Shown here: positions 61,401-64,000 of the stretch, one piece after another
Layout: every line of letters begins with the position of its first letter
Numbering within the stretch: position 1 is the first letter of the stretch
From: Mantamonas sphyraenae STR306
Lineage: Eukaryota > Protista > CRuMs
Direction: 5' to 3'
Assembly: GCA_026936335.1 (NCBI GenBank)
Contig: JAPMXV010000054.1
Span: 1 to 64,000, forward strand
Length of the DNA: 64,000 bases
Notes under the pieces: generated by a model
Seen by the model: the letters and a program-made list of their open reading frames with translations, nothing else
Databases searched by the model: none
What the model was told of the DNA's origin: nothing
Translations under genes and position numbers: made by a program

Positions 61401-63599
61401 TCCGACACAGTACACGCTTCCGTTGGCGTTGTGCTCAAAGGTGAGGAAACAGGTTGCGCCGCGGCTGCACGCGATGCCTGCGACCTGGGCTGGGTCAAAG
61501 GGCATGTGTGTGAGCGGGGTGGGCCACAGCCGATCGACGTTGTCGCCCAGGCCCAACTGGCCATACAGATTGTCGCCCCAGCAAAAGATGCCGCTTGCGT
61601 TGCGTGCGCATGCGTGGTCGTAGCCACAGGCCAGGGCCAACACGTCGTCGACTTGGACAAAGGGCAAGGCGTCGCCCATCTGGCCTGGGGACTTGCCACG
61701 TGCCTCGGTGCTGCCCAAGCCCGTGCGTCCCGAACTGCCTCGGCCCCAACACTTGAGTCGTCCCCGTGCACCCGGGCCAGCCACACGCACACAAAAGGCG
61801 TAGCTCATGCCGCAATGGACGCCGTCGCGATCGACGTCGACACGCAGTCCGGTGCCGAGATCGACGGGCACCAACCCGGCAGGCATTTCGCCAGGGGCGT
61901 CACCCAGCTTGCTGCCCATGCCTGTGGCCGGGTGGCCCAGTTGTCCGTCGCCAGTGACGCCCCAGCACACGGCGGTGCCGTTGTCGGTGACGGCACATGT
62001 GGCTTGGCCCGCAGGAATGAGGCGTCGCACACGCCCTGTCCATGGACCAAGGTCGACTTCGGGCAGCATGTTGCCCATGGTTTTGCTGGGAAACTTGCCG
62101 CGTTGCACGCCGCTGTTCTCGTTGAGACCCAAGACCTCGCCGTCGCCCCAACACTTGACGGCGTAGCTGTGTGCCATGAGCACACAGACGTGGTTGTCGC
62201 TGAGGGAGGCCTGCAGGACGCCGCCCGAGTCGAGGGCAGGCACAGGAGGCAGGTTGTCGCCTGCCGTGGCTGCGGTGGCGCCCACGTTGGGATTGTCCAC
62301 AGGGTTGCCGAGTTGCAGAAAGTGGTTGGAGCCCTGGCAGCGCAGCTGGCCCACGGGACCGACGTCGACGACCACACAGATCCAATCGTGGCCCAGGGTG
62401 GCTTTGATGACACGCACCCCTGTGCCAAAGTCCAACGGGGCGCTGGGTTGGAGCTGCTGGCTGAGGGATGACACACGGCCGCACATGACACTGCAGTCGC
62501 CCCAGCAACGCAGGCCCCCGTCGTCACCCAGGACACACCAGGTGCTGCCACCTGCAAAGATGTCGACGGCGGTGACGTTGTCGGGCATGGCCATGTACGG
62601 CAGGGCGTCGCCCATCTGACCCGCTGCGTCGCCCACGGTGTCGTGGGATGCCACCTGACCCCAGCACTTGACTCCCTGATAGGTGCCGTTGGTGGTGAGG
62701 GCGCAGGTGCCAAACAGGCCCGAGGCCAGTTTGAGCACGGTGAGGTTTGTGCCGAGGTCCAGGTACGGGAGGGCGTCGCCCATCTGGGCTTTGCTGACGC
62801 CGACGTCGTTGCTGTGGCCCAATCCCAGGTAGCCGCCGATGCCAAAGCACTTGACACGGTGTGTGGGATGCAACAGGACGCAGGTGTGGTACTGGCCCGT
62901 GGTGGCCTGGAGGACGGTGACGCCTGTGCCCAGGTCCACCACCGAGGCGTTCTTGAGCGGGTGTGTGGCGTCGCCCAGCGTGTATGACTTTGGGTCGCCG
63001 TTGCCCACGCCACCGGCTGTGGTGTCGCCCCAACAGAACAGGGTGCCGTTACGCAGGATGGCGCAGGCGTGTGTGCAAAACGGCGCCGCATGGGCAAGGG
63101 CCACAGCCTTGTCCGGCAGATCAAAGGTGGGTGCGTTGGGTCCCATGTCGCCTTGCTTCAGCCCCACAGGCCCTCCCGTGCCGTCGGTGCCGTAGTGGAA
63201 GCGTCCGGACCAGGCGACGCGACCGTCGTGGCGAAGGGCATAGGTGAACGTGAGCAGCGTTTCCACCTGTCGCACGGGCCCTCCCATGTCGCTGGTGATG
63301 TAGTCTGCACCGACGACCACGCCGTACTGGGTGCGGCTGGACTGGCCCAGCACGCCGTTCTGGTTGTAGCCCCAGCAGGCCAGGCCGCCTGTGCGCCAAT
63401 CGGGATCGCTCACGTTGCGACGCGCGCACATGTACAGGTAGCCAGCGTCCAGGTCGTATGCATCATACAGGGCGGCACGTGCATGGCTGGAGGTGTGAGG
63501 GTTGTATGGCTGGGATGCAGAGGTTGGTGGCGTGGTGGCCAAGGAGAGGAGGGAGAGGGAGAGAAGAAGAAGGGTGAGGCGGAGAGTTCGCCCAGTCAT
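58416..63599 (-). CDS. Surface receptor-like protein: signal peptide, RCC1/BLIP-II-like repeats, Cys-rich CxxCPxGT repeats, ~7TM; two compensating frameshifts (~60212 and ~59388)
   Basis: Signal MTGRTLRLTLLLLSLSLLSLA; KCWGSNHNGELGLGD repeats; CxxCPAGTY repeats. The proper continuation (CLPGYSGVLCAVCAQGYY, KFRILLAFLQV) lies in the ORF 58606-60861 frame; GFLYQNV...YYWE follows. Confidence 0.85.
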   Translation of the reverse strand: MTGRTLRLTLLLLSLSLLSLATTPPTSASQPYNPHTSSHARAALYDAYDLDAGYLYMCARRNVSDPDWRTGGLACWGYNQNGVLGQSSRTQYGVVVGADYITSDMGGPVRQVETLLTFTYALRHDGRVAWSGRFHYGTDGTGGPVGLKQGDMGPNAPTFDLPDKAVALAHAAPFCTHACAILRNGTLFCWGDTTAGGVGNGDPKSYTLGDATHPLKNASVVDLGTGVTVLQATTGQYHTCVLLHPTHRVKCFGIGGYLGLGHSNDVGVSKAQMGDALPYLDLGTNLTVLKLASGLFGTCALTTNGTYQGVKCWGQVASHDTVGDAAGQMGDALPYMAMPDNVTAVDIFAGGSTWCVLGDDGGLRCWGDCSVMCGRVSSLSQQLQPSAPLDFGTGVRVIKATLGHDWICVVVDVGPVGQLRCQGSNHFLQLGNPVDNPNVGATAATAGDNLPPVPALDSGGVLQASLSDNHVCVLMAHSYAVKCWGDGEVLGLNENSGVQRGKFPSKTMGNMLPEVDLGPWTGRVRRLIPAGQATCAVTDNGTAVCWGVTGDGQLGHPATGMGSKLGDAPGEMPAGLVPVDLGTGLRVDVDRDGVHCGMSYAFCVRVAGPGARGRLKCWGRGSSGRTGLGSTEARGKSPGQMGDALPFVQVDDVLALACGYDHACARNASGIFCWGDNLYGQLGLGDNVDRLWPTPLTHMPFDPAQVAGIACSRGATCFLTFEHNANGSVYCVGRSPQTGRGLPANVYWGVHPNHLGSNLTAIDLGHLPAPIAKLVGAAGHFCVLLTNAAIKCWGSNHNGELGLGDDVSRGDSPSSMGDSLPLLQFNQPPRDLVCADSLTGYCVMHLDGGLLRSWGTNGHGQLGTGFNAVGISPGELHAAAPVAINACPLGTGGAECTLCPPGAYSKRERGSTQCHGCPAGTYGTLAGRTSSQWCLACAPGTVAPTTGLSTCVACLPGTYAPTAASNSCVPCPQHTFQPSPGASQCLPCAAGLRTASTGAVACTGCQPGEYLHAATRTCRRCPAGSYSDRTEATACSPCPAGTVTPLDGATACIACGVGEYAPANATACLDCPPGTHAPTVGTGVCQPCAQGLIAPVAGAEQCLGCGEGARANANRTLCTCDPGFGTTTGAAQAAEAAADSPPPHRLVQIASLVPRTPTRPPQATSHAHPARQTQTRAHACNPPSATSAGATWAPRETQTRASAFPVPQAPPVSAAAQTCVSTLASGASTRPTSSKCTPVPRSRAWAAQTQPPVSRATRASCVPSVPRATTKPSMPAPAAPISPTPSFSSSSQPSSSPPLSPTSSSTRSHVPPSASFASSWPFSRSLPSRWTPTPHRGRRSLPPLPPTSTLPTSTLSSFPPSTVSAHRHLHTTPAPPLWPWCPWASWPSWASSFSLLYFANAHAWTALEIDDFRNSCLRAAIMIMIICFPAVSVKMTEYFKCRELRPGLAYMEADYRLRCDASSEEYANFLPFVLLMILIYPIMVPATVLWLLYRQRENLHEPTVLRRLGFLYQNVHERVYYWEVVELCRRIMVTALMVVVARGSVTQLIVGCLLGLFFLLVHVHVRPYRHRSDMILQTNSLLVIFLTLFIGLVLKAAPKELEDNSQTEPTFGWLLIGLHIALLSGFLVWMFGKRSVKLYQKREDIKGAITTAASALGPQHPHESESYLDKTTRDQGVRQGDAHSRAGGVEPALEYSQDKGRVLAMEQLGTEPALMRTNSESGDPEKQ

Positions 63600-63657
63600 T
63601 GGAACGGGTGGATTGATTGGGAAAGGGAGGGCGGGGGAGGAAGATGGGTTGTGTGGT

Positions 63658-64000
63658 TCATTCGCCAAACACCCAATCGCGATGGTTGGTGGTGTGTGTG
63701 TTGCGTGTGTTGATGGGGGAGGACCAGGACGGGGTGGAGGTAGGGGTGGAGTTAGAGGTAGAGGTGGAGGTGGAGGTGGGGGGATGGGAAGAGGAGGACG
63801 ATGATGAGGAAGGGTCGTCTTTGTCTGGGTTGAGGCGGCGACGACGGGCAGGAGGTGGGTGTAGGTCGTCGTCAGCGTCGATCATCACGTCTTCCGTCTC
63901 GTCGACAAAGGTCCATTTGTGGCCCATGCGGCGTGCAATGTACTGATTGAGACAGTGGAGGCTGCGTGTCTGCACATGGAGGAGCGAGGGGAGGTGGCTC
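63658..64000 (-). CDS. Probable 3' end of a gene extending beyond the window
   Basis: Open frame with PPARRRRL and a Ser/Thr tail; no recognisable domain. Confidence 0.35.
   Translation of the reverse strand, partial: SHLPSLLHVQTRSLHCLNQYIARRMGHKWTFVDETEDVMIDADDDLHPPPARRRRLNPDKDDPSSSSSSSSHPPTSTSTSTSNSTPTSTPSWSSPINTRNTHTTNHRDWVFGE

Noticed and set aside
1-64000. tRNA, rRNA or transposase genes
   Set aside because: None recognisable by eye; tRNAscan-SE, Infernal and RepeatModeler would be needed to exclude them.
1-64000. Alternative genetic code or stop readthrough
   Set aside because: Conserved genes translate normally and end in standard stops; interruptions are indels or introns, not in-frame stops at conserved residues.

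Overview
This is the left end of a eukaryotic chromosome from a GC-rich, intron-containing flagellated protist; the taxon cannot be determined from the sequence. A (CCCTAA)n telomere (1-133) is followed by a dynamic subtelomere (~0.2-38.5 kb). It holds two tandem copies of an unknown repeat-domain gene, a RidA/YjgF-like gene, an LRR-7TM receptor-like gene, decayed gene remnants, and an array of 8 paralogous genes. These 8 share one layout: short exon 1, conserved intron, a variable number of 28-aa RI-type LRRs with hypervariable concave-face residues, 2 ankyrin-like repeats, and a C-terminal W..HW...LPDEVMERV..W module resembling an F-box/PRANC motif, with or without a bipartite NLS. The array shows in-register 84-bp LRR gain/loss, tandem duplication and grafting of the C-terminal cassette, and is the best candidate for a new system: a diversifying substrate-receptor or immune-like repertoire. 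At the boundary lies a secreted precursor with an acidic pro-region, a cationic amphipathic helix, a glycine zipper and Ser/Tyr/Lys/Arg repeats. From ~41 kb the region is a very compact housekeeping core: TPR protein, OLA1, CDC27, Ubl protein, MED1, VAMP, SAM50, TTC25/ODAD4, Misato and an RCC1/Cys-rich 7TM gene. Several single-base frameshifts look like consensus errors. All family calls come from motif recognition by eye; no database searches were run.
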